A DNA stretch of 64,000 nt from Eledone cirrhosa. Taxonomy: Eukaryota. Made by a program: the position numbers and the translations under genes. The stretch lies in contig OZ024741.1 in assembly GCA_964016885.1 (NCBI GenBank), forward strand, positions 55,552,001 through 55,616,000, in the 5' to 3' direction. Below are positions 10,717 through 23,328 of this stretch, piece by piece (positions within the stretch are counted from its first letter, which is position 1; the number at the start of each line of letters is the position of its first letter). Under the pieces are notes generated by a model, which was given only the letters and a program-made list of their open reading frames with translations, was not told the DNA's origin and searched no databases.

Positions 10717-13301
10717 TATAGACATAGAATACTCGAAAATATTCTGTATGTTTATAATAAACATTTTGAAGACCTAATCGCTATAGAATAGAATACGTCA
10801 CGTATTACAATTAGATTCTCGATAAAAGCAAGGGAAGTAATCTACGCGTTTCATTCTTATTAGAAATCTTCAGGACTACATATCCAGTGCTTTTATCGAG
10901 AATGACACAGCTAGAGACTTATAGAATACTTAGCTGTGTACATGAACTGGTTTGAAAGAGCGGTTGCCGGTCCGGCGGAAATTAGAAATTGGAATAAATG
11001 CTCTGAAATAGCGATATATATGTGAATATAGACATAGAATATTCGAAAATATTCTGTATGTTTATAATAAACATTTTGAAGACCTAATCGCTATAGAATA
11101 GAATACGTCACGTATTACAATTAGATTCTCGATAAAAGCAAGGGAAGTAATCTACGCGTTTCATTCTTATTAGAAATCTTCAGGACTACATATCCAGTGC
11201 TTTTATCGAGAATGACACAGCTAGAGACTTATAGAATACTTAGCTGTGTACATGAACTGGTTTGAAAGAGCGGTTGCCGGTCCAGCGGAAATTAGAAATT
11301 GGAATAAATGCTCTGAAATAGCGATATATATGTGAATATAGACATAGAATATTCGAAAATATTCTGTATGTTTATAATAAACATTTTGAAGACCTAATCG
11401 CTATAGAATAGAATATCGCTATTTCAGAGCATTTATTCCAATTTCTAATTTCCGCCGGACCGGCAACCGCTCTTTCAAACCAGTTCATGTACACAGCTAA
11501 GTATTCTATAAGTCTCTAGCTGTGTCATTCTCGATAAAAGCACTGGATATGTAGTCCTGAAGATTTCTAATAAGAATGAAACGCGTAGATTACTTCCCTT
11601 GCTTTTATCGAGAATCTAATTGTAATACGTGACGTATTCTATTCTATAGCGATTAGGTCTTCAAAATGTTTATTATAAACATACAGAATATTTTCGAATA
11701 TTCTATGTCTATATTCACATATATATCGCTATTTCAGAGCATTTATTCCAATTTCTAATTTCCGCCGGACCGGCAACCGCTCTTTCAAACCAGTTCATGT
11801 ACACAGCTAAGTATTCTATAAGTCTCTAGCTGTGTCATTCTCGATAAAAGCACTGGATATGTAGTCCTGAAGATTTCTAATAAGAATGAAACGCGTAGAT
11901 TACTTCCCTTGCTTTTATCGAGAATCTAATTGTAATACGTGACGTATTCTATTCTATAGCGATTAGGTCTTCAAAATGTTTATTATAAACATACAGAATA
12001 TTTTCGAATATTCTATGTCTATATTCACATATATATCGCTATTTCAGAGCATTTATTCCAATTTCTAATTTCCGCCGGACCGGCAACCGCTCTTTCAAAC
12101 CAGTTCATGTACACAGCTAAGTATTCTATAAGTCTCTAGCTGTGTCATTCTCGATAAAAGCACTGGATATGTAGTCCTGAAGATTTCTAATAAGAATGAA
12201 ACGCGTAGATTACTTCCCTTGCTTTTATCGAGAATCTAATTGTAATACGTGACGTATTCTATTCTATAGCGATTAGGTCTTCAAAATGTTTATTATAAAC
12301 ATACAGAATATTTTCGAATATTCTATGTCTATATTCACATATATATCGCTATTTCAGAGCATTTATTCCAATTTCTAATTTCCGCCGGACCGGCAACCGC
12401 TCTTTCAAACCAGTTCATGTACACAGCTAAGTATTCTATAAGTCTCTAGCTGTGTCATTCTCGATAAAAGCACTGGATATGTAGTCCTGAAGATTTCTAA
12501 TAAGAATGAAACGCGTAGATTACTTCCCTTGCTTTTATCGAGAATCTAATTGTAATACGTGACGTATTCTATTCTATAGCGATTAGGTCTTCAAAATGTT
12601 TATTATAAACATACAGAATATTTTCGAATATTCTATGTCTATATTCACATATATATCGCTATTTCAGAGCATTTATTCCAATTTCTAATTTCCGCCGGAC
12701 CGGCAACCGCTCTTTCAAACCAGTTCATGTACACAGCTAAGTATTCTATAAGTCTCTAGCTGTGTCATTCTCGATAAAAGCACTGGATATGTAGTCCTGA
12801 AGATTTCTAATAAGAATGAAACGCGTAGATTACTTCCCTTGCTTTTATCGAGAATCTAATTGTAATACGTGACGTATTCTATTCTATAGCGATTAGGTCT
12901 TCAAAATGTTTATTATAAACATACAGAATATTTTCGAATATTCTATGTCTATATTCACATATATATCGCTATTTCAGAGCATTTATTCCAATTTCTAATT
13001 TCCGCCGGACCGGCAACCGCTCTTTCAAACCAGTTCATGTACACAGCTAAGTATTCTATAAGTCTCTAGCTGTGTCATTCTCGATAAAAGCACTGGATAT
13101 GTAGTCCTGAAGATTTCTAATAAGAATGAAACGCGTAGATTACTTCCCTTGCTTTTATCGAGAATCTAATTGTAATACGTGACGTATTCTATTCTATAGC
13201 GATTAGGTCTTCAAAATGTTTATTATAAACATACAGAATATTTTCGAATATTCTATGTCTATATTCACATATATATCGCTATTTCAGAGCATTTATTCCA
13301 A
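10713..13301. repeat. Array of 310-bp hammerhead-containing units: about 2.3 copies on minus (10713-11414) joined head-to-head to about 6.1 copies on plus (11413-13301); retrozyme-like
   Basis: The period is 310 (atatcgct ends at 11420, 11730, 12040, 12350, 12660, 12970, 13280). I saw only two substitutions, near 10732 and 11284. (TA)n on both flanks. Confidence 0.93.
11551..11593 (+). ncRNA. Minimal type I hammerhead (also at 11861, 12171, 12481, 12791, 13101; minus-strand copies at 10837-10879 and 11147-11189)
   Basis: GTAGTC-CTGAAGA-TTTCTAATAAGAAT-GAA-ACGCGT-A|GATTAC. Stem III is palindromic. Stem I is extended by ATTCTCGATAAAAGCA/TGCTTTTATCGAGAAT. Confidence 0.85.
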
Positions 13302-13321
13302 TATATATATATATATATATA

Positions 13322-16300
13322 TAAAGTTAAATCTTAGACGGGAACAAAAACTGAGAGGCAGTACAAATATGAGTTTATTATATATATATATATAATGGAA
13401 AATTTGAACAGGAACAAAACAGAGAGGCAGTACAACGAATGTTTATTAATTTCACGCTCTGGAGAGTGGGGTGGTGGTGGGGAACGACGTTTTGGGCATA
13501 AGCCCTTCCTCAGGTGAGAAGTGTGTGGGAAGAGAGTTCAAAGGGTGTGTAGGGGAGTGGTGGAGAGACATATAGCGAAAAGGGGGTGGGAGGAAACGGT
13601 GCGAATGAAATTAAAAATAAAAATAAAAATAAAGCATAATCAAAATAAAATGAAATGAAATGAAATAAAAATAAATATAAAAGCATGATCAAAATAAACT
13701 GAAATTAAAAAGGGGTAAAACAGGTGGTGGAAGGGTGTGGGCTGTGTAGGGGGGTGGCGGGTGGAGTGGGGAGAGGGAGACGGGGTGTCCGAGCGGGGAG
13801 GGCTGAAGGTGGTGTGTGTATGTAGGTGTACGTGTGTGTGTGTGTGTGTGTATGTGAAAGCAAGGGTTGGGGGAAGAACGGGGTTGCATGTTCAGGAAGA
13901 GGTGTGTGTCAGGTGGGGTGTAGATCGGAGTGTCTGTGCGTGTGTGGATAGAGGGGTGGGGGGAGAGGAATCTGTAGGCTGAGGGTATAAATATGTGGTG
14001 GAAAGTACGTGTGTGTGGGGTTTAAGCGTGTTGTGGGTGTAGGTGGCGTGTGGGAGAAAAAAATTTTTTGGGGTGTGTGTGTGGGTGAGTTATATAGGTG
14101 ATTCCGTAAGAGGATGAGGTTGAAAAGTTTGTAAACTCCTATGATTTTAGTAGATTCCACGGTGGTCAAGTTCCACATACGAGTATTCCATGAAGAGATG
14201 GTCGGAAGGGGAGAGATGTGGGGTGCGCGCGCAACAAGAAGTGGTCAAGGGTGGGAGTGCTGTGTGTCTGTTTGTGCTGGGAGGTGGTCAGAGGGCATAG
14301 CAGCAGTCGGGTGGAATGGTAAAGCGGCGAGGATGGGTAGGTGTGAAAGTTGGAGTGAGGAGGGTGTGTGTGTGTATTAGTAGGTGTTAGTGGGATGAGT
14401 GTGTGGAGAAAGGGTGTGGGTGGAGCGGGGAGAGAAGGGTGTGGGGGTCGATGGAGGGAGTGTGGTGTACTGGTGTGTGTGTAGTTTGATGAAGGGGGTG
14501 TTAGTGGGCGTTAGTATACGGGAGGTGGGGAAAGGGTTGAATGCAGGTGTGAGTGGGGGTTAGTGGTGTTAGGGTGTGTAGAGTTGGTGGTGTACGAGGG
14601 TGTGTGGGTACGTGTGCGTGGGGTTGGGGGGGTGTTAGTGATGTTAGTTGCGTGTGGGGTGGGTGGTGTAAGTGGGTGCGTGTGTTCGTGTGCTTGGGGT
14701 CAGGGGGTGTTAGTGATGTTAGTTGCGGGGTGGTGGGATGGAGGTGTGGGGGTGAGGATTAGTGGTGGTAGTAGGGTGTGTGTTTAGTGTGAGCGCGTGT
14801 ATATATGTGCCGGTGGGTGTGTGCGTGTGATAAGGAGGGGGGAGGAGAAGAAGGGAGGGATGTCAGTATGTTAGTTGGGGAAGGGTGGTCGGATAAGGGG
14901 TGGAGTGGAGGTATTAGTATTGTTAGTGGTGGGGTGGGCGGTGAAAAGGATGGGTGTGTTAGTGGTGTTAGTGGGGGATATGTGTGGGGGGAGGGGGGCG
15001 GTCGAAGGCTAAAGGAATAAGGGTGGGGAGTTCAGGCCGGGGGGAGTGTGGGTCTGTAAGATGAAGATGGTTCTTTGTTCGACTCTAAGGAGATTGGCGG
15101 GTGTTCCGTGGCATTGGAGTAGGCCACAGACTGTGAGATGGCGTGCAGAATGTCCAGGGGCACCAAAGTGGCGAGCGATGGGGGAACTACCACCGAGACG
15201 AATATCCCGGAGGTGCTCAGTGAATCGGTCCGCCAGGTGACGTCCCGTCTGTCCGACGTAAGTCGCGCTGCACTCCGTGCAGCGAAGTCCGTAGACTAGG
15301 TTGGAGGAGGTGCAGCGGAAGGCATGCCGGACAGAGAGAGAGTGGCCGTTGGGACCCTGGAAGGTGGTGGTGTTGGTGATGTGGGGACAGGTGTTGCAGC
15401 GGGGCCTAGAACAGGGAAAGGAACCGGGGGGGGCGTGGGTTGGGGGGGGGGTAGGGAGCTGTGGACGAGGAGGGTGCGGAGATTGCGTGCGCGTTTGAAG
15501 GAGGGGAGTGGTGGGGTTGGGAAGATGTGGGAGGTGGAGGGGTCGGACTGGAGGCGTCGGAAGAGGTGGCGGATGGCGCGGTGGAAGGGTAAGGTGGAGG
15601 GGTGGTAGGTGATGGAGAAGGGGAGACGGTGGGTGGGTGTGCGGTGGCGTGGGGTGAGGGTGGTGGAGCGGTGGACAGCACGGGCGCGGGTGAGAGCGGT
15701 GTGGACGAGAGAGGGGGGTAACCTCTGCGGATGAAATGGCTGACTAGGGAAAGGGCCTGGGACTCGAAGTCAGCATCTCGGCTACAGAGGCGGCGGATCC
15801 TGAGGAGTTGGGAGTAGGGAATGGAGTGTTTAGTGTGGGTGGGGTGGGAAGAGGTGAAGTCGAGGTAAGAGTGGGAGTCGGTGGGTTTGAAGAAGGCGGA
15901 GGTGACGAGAGAGTGGTGGGAGGGGTCGAAGGCGACGGAGATGTCTAAGAAGTGGACGTGGGTGGTGGAGATAGAGGTGGTGAAGTGGAGGGAGGGGTGG
16001 AAGGAGCAGAAGAAGGAGAGAAAGGAGTCGAGCTGTTCTCAGGTGAGGGTCGTGGCTCCGATACAGTCGTCAATGTAACGACCGTACAGTTCGGGCGTGG
16101 GGCCGGTGTACTGGGCAAAGATTTGGGCCTCAACATGGCCAACAAAAAGGTTGGCATAGTTTGGGCCCATTCTTGTACCCATGGCTACCCCCGTGACCTG
16201 TTGGTAAAACTCACCCGAGAAGGAGAAACAGTTGAGGGTCAGGACCAGATCGGCGAGGAGAAGGAGGGTGGGGTGGAGGGAATGGGGGAGGGGCGAAGGT

Positions 16301-16708
16301 CGAGGTAGTGTTTGAGGGCGCGTAGGCCGTCGGCGTGGGGGATGACGGTATAGAGGGACTTGATGTCTAGGGTGAAGAGGAAGGGCTGTGGGCCGGGTGG
16401 GTAGGTGAAGGAGTCGAAAAGGCGCAGGGCGGGGTTGGTGTCGGAGATGTAGGAGAGGAGGGTGGTGACAAGGGGGGCGAGGATGGAGTCGAGGAAGGCG
16501 GAGATGAGTTCGGTGGGGCAGTTGCAAGTGGAGACGATGGGGCGGCCGGGGTTGTCGGGTTTGTGGAGTTTGGGGAGGAAGTAGATGGTGGGGTGCGGGA
16601 GGTGCGGACGATGAGGTGGGAAGCGGTGGGGGGAGGGAGGAGGCGACAAGGTCTTGGATGGTGGAGGAAACTTGTTGTTGGTGTGGGATCGGAGGGTAGA
16701 GGGCGGTA
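13322..16708 (-). mobile_element. 5'-truncated, frameshifted Penelope-like element, family B (GC-rich)
   Basis: IYFLPKLHKPDNPGRPIVS, FTLDIKSLYTVIPH, YQQVTGVAMGTRMGPNYANLF and YGRYIDD. GIY-YIG region near 15050-15420 reads LVYGLRC..YVGQTGR..RFTEH. Long C/A-rich 3' region. Confidence 0.92.
13484..13517 (-). ncRNA. Degenerate hammerhead of family B
   Basis: TCAC-CTGAGGA-AGGGC-TTAT-GCCC-AAAACGTC. G12 is mutated to A and stem I is poor. Confidence 0.5.
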
Positions 16709-16726
16709 GATATATATATATATATA

Positions 16727-19700
16727 AAGAAGGAAAATGTAGTTTACTTGAAGCATTGCGTAGTGAGGTATAAACGTTTGAAGTTAGAAGGCCAGAACAA
16801 TGCAGGTATGGATATAGAATAAATACAAATGCAAAAGATATTTTAGTCTTTTACCTTACAATTAGTCTTTTACCTTAAATTTATTTGAATATCCAGATAT
16901 TTCGAGATAACATCTCTTCTTCGGAGGGAAATAAGGGGTTAATCCAGTGTTCTAATTACAGGATATGTTTATATGTAAATGTGGGGGCTATATGCTCTAT
17001 CATGTTAAAACTGGTCTATGTGTGTGAGAGAATAAGTAAAGGTGTCAGCGTGCGTGTGTGTGTGTGTGAGTGTGAGAGGATACGTGGAGGTGTAAGTGTG
17101 GGGCTATCATGTTAAAAATTGAGTGTTGAGTTCTAGTCTGTTATTGATTGGTGGTTGCGTTTTGTCTATAGTTAGTGCTTCTTTAATTCTAAGATTCCCG
17201 AGGTTTCTTTCCTTAGCTTCTATCCTAACTATTATGTTTTTGTCGGTGTTTATGCATTTCACTAGGTATTTCTTAAATGAGGAAGCATTAGTGTTGAGGT
17301 GTTCTTTTATTCTAATGTGAAGTGGTCTGGTGGTGCTACCTATGTACAAATTTCTGCATTTGTCGCACTCTAATCTGTATACGACGTAAGCCTGGTGGCA
17401 TAGGTCTGTGTCGTCGATGGGGCAGTTGGCCAGCGTGCAGTGGCTGTCATGTCTGATGGAGTATCTCTTGGTTAGCTGTGCGCGTAGAGAAGGTTCTGAG
17501 TTGGCTAGCTGGATATGTAGTCCCTCTCATCTGATAGCTCTGCGGATGGCTGTTGTAGTTTCGTCACTGAAGTGTGGGAGCTTCAGGAAGCAGGTGTTAG
17601 TTCCTCGGGTGTGGTGTCATCTGTTGTTTCTGGCACGGTTCGCGGTGGACGTTGGGTATCCGTTCAGTTTAAGTACTTCCAGGAAATGTGTGGTGTGTGT
17701 GTCTCGGTCTCTTGCGTCGGTGCATTTGTTCCGGATACGTGTTCGTTCGTTCCTTATGTATCCGAACTTAGCACTGACTGAGAGGGCTGATCTGAAATGT
17801 ACGAACAGGTCCCTGCTGGCGGCTTTTTTATAGAAGCAGCTGTGGATGTCGCCCTCCTCTGTTACCCTGAGTTGGACGTCCAATAGGGATAGGCACCCGC
17901 GGTCATCGGGGTGTTCCATGATGAACTTTATATTGGCGTCCATGCTGGAGAATGTCATGTATATTTTATCCGCTTCTTCACGGGATGATGTAAGGATGAG
18001 TATGTCATCTACATATCGGTGAAGAAGGTATAGGAATGGCAAGTGTTGAGGGCTCGGCATTCCAGCTGGTTCATATAGGTGATGGCCAGCAGGCCCGATA
18101 GGCTGGATCACATGCGTAATCCTGTTGTCTGTCTGTATGTGTGGTGGTGGAAGGTGAAGTACGTGTTGTCTACTGTGAAGGACAAAAGCTTGTGTATGTC
18201 CGTCGGATGGAGGCCGTAGCAGTGGATGTCCTCTGCGACCACGCAGTCCGTCAATAAATCGACAGCTGGATGAGCGGGGACTGTAGTGTAGAGGGAGACA
18301 ACGTCGAGGCTAAAGGCGTATCTATTTAGTTTAAGTTGTTCTGGCTGGAGTTGGTGTAGTCTACGTATTACCTCGTCGGAGCTACTGGCATGCCCGGGAA
18401 AGGTGGAAAGTAGAGGCTTGAGGACCTAGGAGAGGAGCCAGGAGATTTTGTATAGGGGCCCTTCTATGCTAGAGACGATGGATCTTATTTGTGACTTAGT
18501 ACTATTCTTGTGTGTCTTGATGAGGTGATAGAAAGTGGGCAGTCTGCTATTTCTAGTGATGTAATTTGACTTAAATTTATTTGGGAGTTGTCTTCTACTA
18601 CAGATGTCGAACCAGATGGAGTTGGCCTGTTTTTCGATCTGGGCTGCAGTTGTGTCTGGGACCTCTATATATAGTTCATTGTCGCTTAAGTGTTCAAAGG
18701 GTAGGTTGTTGTATGTGGCTTGAGAGATAACACAAAATTATTTATCTTTGTCAGATGGTAACTATATGAGTTCCCTATTCCGCAGGTTCTTCAGAGCGAG
18801 TTGTTGCGTCCTGGATAGGTTTGAGGCTATCTTCTTCTGTTTCCGTAAGATGTTAAATACGGAATGTTTTAACCTCGAGAGTTTTTCTTCCAGCTCGCGG
18901 TTGGCAGGTGGTGGACGGAGTGGGCGGTCCAGTTGGTATATCGGGAATCTGGTTGTGTTAGATTCCGTGGTGTTGTTGCCGAGGGTCGATATCCATTTTA
19001 GCTGGTAGGCGGCCCGACAGAAATTCGTTTCTATGTCGAGCCATAATTTGTCGTCCAGTCCCTGTTTCAATATGAACTTGGGACCCAGGCTGAGGAGGTC
19101 TAGTTCATCTCGGAAGAGGGATCCTGTCAAGTCTGTGACGAGGTGTTTTGTGTCAGGTGTGTTGTTGGTCGGGGCGCCTCTAGGTTCGATGTTGGTACCG
19201 TCTTGTTCGCCTCTGTTGGTGTTTAGAGTTGGGATGTTGTTAGGACGGTCAGCCCTGCTGAGTTTGAGAAATGTTTGCTTTAGGCGTATTTTCTCGTAAT
19301 CTCGGCGATGGTGGTATGACCTGTCTATAGCGGTGGAAATTACTCTGAGCAGAGGTTCTGGGGTTTCCGTGAGTTGTGGTACTAGGCTGGAAATTGTCCG
19401 TATGTGTTGTTGTAGGTGTAGGTGTTGTAGGAGTTTTCTTAGGCAGAATGTTTGTATGTAGCTAAGTGATCGTCTGAGGCCTGGTGATTTGAAGTATATT
19501 GGTAGGTGCAGGTTTTTGATAGTTTGGGGGATGATGTTGTTATTCAGGCACCGTTTGAGGAAGTTTATTTGGCAGCCGGCTTTGGCACGCTTTTCAGATA
19601 GCTGGAAGAGTTTCTTTACAGTTGTAAACTGGGCCTGGCTCAGGCGTAAGGAAAGAAGGAAAATGTAGCTTATTTGAAGCATTGCGTAATGAGGTATAAA

Positions 19701-19876
19701 CGTTTGGAGTTAGAAGGCCAGAACAATGCAGGTATGGATATAGAATATAAATACAAATGCAAAAGATATTGGTGACAATTAGTCTTTTACCTTAAATTTA
19801 TTTGAATATCTTGATATTTCGAGATAATATCTCTTCTTCGGAGGGAAATAACGGGCTTAATCCAGTGTTCTAATTA
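16727..19876 (-). mobile_element. Near full-length Penelope-like element, family H, with two direct pseudo-LTRs (16727-16957 and 19652-19876); ORF disrupted
   Basis: N-terminal ORF 18762-19682 (LLSLGPKF..NLS), RT (FYHLIKTHK, SLDVVSLYTTVP, RYVDD, SLLDV) and GIY-YIG (VVYRLEC..YIGSTTRPLHIRIKEH..RIKEAL). Direct repeats of about 230 bp at both ends. Confidence 0.92.
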
Positions 19877-20070
19877 GCTTGCCAAGTCATGCTGACCGGA
19901 AATAGTATAGAAATTCCATTCTATTTCTAATGTCAAAGAGTGAAGGTTAGGTGGATAAAGAGTTGTCTCCCTTTAAAAGGGTTTGGACATGTATGTCTAA
20001 GTGTGTGTATGTGTGTGTGAGAGAATACGTGTAGGTGTAGGCATGCGTGTGTGTGAGTGTGAGAGGATAT

Positions 20071-20114
<44 letters not shown>

Positions 20115-20172
20115 CAGGGATTGAAGAATCAAGACCTTAGGGGTATGTCGTATGACCAATCTCTTATATATG

Positions 20173-20234
20173 TTATCTGATGAAAACGTACTGAAACACC
20201 ATTGTACATTGTACCTTTGAAATATGTATAATAA
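20173..20234 (+). ncRNA. Hammerhead motif in a short (TA)n-flanked element (20112-20285)
   Basis: TTAT-CTGATGA..GAA-ATATGTAT-A|ATAA. Same type as 1676 and 30026. Confidence 0.55.
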
Positions 20235-20281
20235 AATATATATTTTGGTTATGATAATATTTCTCATTTATTAATATTTTG

Positions 20282-20337
<56 letters not shown>

Positions 20338-21525
20338 CCGGATCTCATTGGACAATCTAAGCAGACATTCTTGAAACCATATTGCTCGTTAGTGAAACGA
20401 CTAGAATGGTTTCTTGGAAATACTTTGGGACCGTGTAGGAATCACTCAAGAACCCTCACGTGGATGCTTGCTTGACATGTTAAAAATAGCAGTCAGATAT
20501 CCCTCATATTCTACCATACCGCCTTAGAAAAGAGGTTCATCTGACTAATATCGTCTGAGCCATTTTGGCTGTTATCGATCAAAACATGTGGCTCAGATTA
20601 TATTTACCCTATTTTCCCTGATATAAGACACACCCTCATTTCGAAGCAAAAAGTTGGGGGGGGGGGGGGGGGGATTATAGTAGTATTTAAAAGATTTATA
20701 CTCATGCCTTCGGTGTAGAGGACGTAAGCAGATTTTGATATCAAAAGTAAAAACGTGCGTATTATTCGCCGAAACCTTCGATAATTCGGAGTTTTGTGAG
20801 GTTAACAGACAGAAATAGCTTCAAATTGTCCAAATTATGTTTGTTGTTGTTGTTCAGTCATAGTGGTGGTGGCGGTGATGATGGTTTCGGCAGACAAGCA
20901 GACAATGGACAACAAAGAGCGGACAATGAACGATGAACAATGGACTATTGAGAAACGCACGCACACCCACAAACAAACACATACATACACATTACACACA
21001 CATGCACACAACACCTATCACAGATATCGCAGCCACGCATATACATGACATACACACACTACAGCCATAACACACATAACACAACACACATACAACACAA
21101 CACATACAACACAACACACATACACAAACAAAACATTCAACAGCCCTGAGACTTCATGTCGAGATCTCAACAGACAAATGGTGGAGTAGCCACTTCATTA
21201 AAAAATGTTGGCATTAGTAAGGGGGGAGAAGAGAGAGAGGATACGATGTGGTAGTAGTAGCAGTGGATGGAATCCTACAGTGATGGTATAAAAGTATTGT
21301 AATATGGTGTCTGAAAGGTGTTGGGTGGTGAGGTGGGGGTGAGCGAACGGGGATTTCTTTTAGTGAAAATGGGTTTGGGCAGAGAAGTGGAAGGGGTGTT
21401 CAATATCAATTACTATATAGTTATCATTAGTGTTGGTATTATTATTGGTTTTATTAATTTATTTGATTTTTGTCAAATCTTTGTCAGCTTCAATAATGAA
21501 GCGTTTTGTTTATATTAGGTGAATA

Positions 21526-21560
<35 letters not shown>

Positions 21561-22224
21561 GATGATGATGATGATGAGGAGGAGGAGGAGGAGGAGGAGG
21601 AGGAGGAGGGGAGAGTCTGGTTCAGGTGGGATGGTGACTGCGGTAGAGGTGGGGGTGAATTAATGGTGGTTTACTGGGCTTGAAGATGCTGATAGCGACG
21701 ACAATTATAATTATAGTGAAAGTCATTATCTGATGTGGTTGGTTTGAAATGAAATAGATGACGGCGATTTCTACACTCTTAACACACATTCCCCTCTCAC
21801 ATTTACCCACCATCCCACAGCCCCCTATTGTCCACCCACCAACCACACCATCACACCATATTCTCTACCCTCTACCCTCCCCTCACCCATTCTTGTAATT
21901 CCCTCTTCTCCATTTCTTTATCCAATCAATTTATCTTAAGAAAATATTATATCGCATATAAAAATATATTGTCTTACAATAGTCGTTTCTTACATAAGGG
22001 ACAAGGTCAGAAACTTTAAAGACACGGACTAGTCAATTAAATCGACACCAGTATATGACCGGTACTTTATTTCATCAATTCCAAGAAAGGAAGACAAAGA
22101 TAACATCTACGAAATAAGCGCTGAGAACGTATATAGCCGTAATAAATACTTACTAAAGAGCAATTTGATAGACGTGTAAACAACTCTGGCCTAATTTGTC
22201 TTGTAATAGGAAAGGAATAATATA

Positions 22225-22403
22225 ATTGTTTTTACTATTGGCACAAGGCAAGCAATTATCCCAGTGCATTACTGGTACTTTATTTATCGACCCCGTAAGG
22301 ATGAAAGGCAAAGTTAACCTCGGCGGGATTTGAACTCAGACCATAAAGGAGCGTAACTCTATGCTGGAAAGCATAGCGTCCGACCCTCTACCGATACTGC
22401 CAT
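22225..22403 (-). mobile_element. tRNA-derived SINE with Meta-like central domain
   Basis: Minus strand reads ggcagtatcggtagag..gagttcaaatcccgccgaggttaactttgcctttcatccttacggggtcgataaa..gtaccag. Many copies occur in the window. Confidence 0.8.
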
Positions 22404-22514
22404 ATAAAGAATAGTTATCACACATCAATAACGCCATGCAGCATGTTGCTGGGGACAGGGGAAAGTCGACTAGATCGACCCCAATACTATATATTATCGA
22501 CCCTGGACCGAATA

Positions 22515-23234
22515 TATATATATATCAACTAGAAATTGATTGACATATATATATATATCTAAAATAAACATATGAAACAATCACAAGGAATAATTTGTAA
22601 AAGTGTGTAAGCACTCATAGCTAGGTAGGTAACTAATTAAAGTTTAACTAGAACTTCAAAAATAGATACCTTATAAATTGATTAATCTTCCTTGTATATA
22701 TTTCATTAAAGAAATATATTTCACCATTAATCGATCGGTAAACCACAGTAGCCAAATCCGAATTTTCAACAGGGGAGAAGATCTAACTATCTGTGTTGAC
22801 ACAGCAAATTCAAATCTGAATGACTAGTAGCACGTGTTGCATTATTTTTAAAATACACACATCGTACCAGCTTCATCCTAGTGGCGTGAATAGGGTTATC
22901 GACAACTAGAACTAGCAGCCGAGTCTTTTCAACTGAGGTAGCTCTACAATTAGGGGGCCGTGTATATATCCAAAATTAAATTAAGGGTGTCATTTCGGAG
23001 AGACATGCGCCATATCCACTGTAGAATATGCTCCAAGATTCCAATGAATAGATCCGAACATTTTATATCAACTAGAAATTGATTGACATATATATATATC
23101 TAAAATAAACATATGAAACAATCACGGGGAATAATTTGATCTATTCATTGGAATCTATTCGTTGGAATCTTGGAGCATATTCTACAGTGGATATGGCGCA
23201 TGTCTCTCCGACATGACACCCTTAATTTAATTTT

Positions 23235-23238
<4 letters not shown>
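22515..23238. mobile_element. Partial tandem (543-bp period) plus inverted arm, bounded by (TA)n
   Basis: tatatcaactagaaattgattgac occurs at 22521 and 23064. Segment 23138-23238 is the reverse complement of about 22965-23053. Confidence 0.7.

Positions 23239-23323
<85 letters not shown>

Positions 23324-23328
<5 letters not shown>

Noticed and set aside
10713-13301. CRISPR array or plain satellite
   Set aside because: There are no unique spacers or cas genes and the context is eukaryotic. The HHR, inversion and TA flanks fit a retro-derived concatemer better than a satellite.
14141-16308. Plus-strand Gly/Val-rich ORFs
   Set aside because: They are antisense readings of the C-rich family B element.
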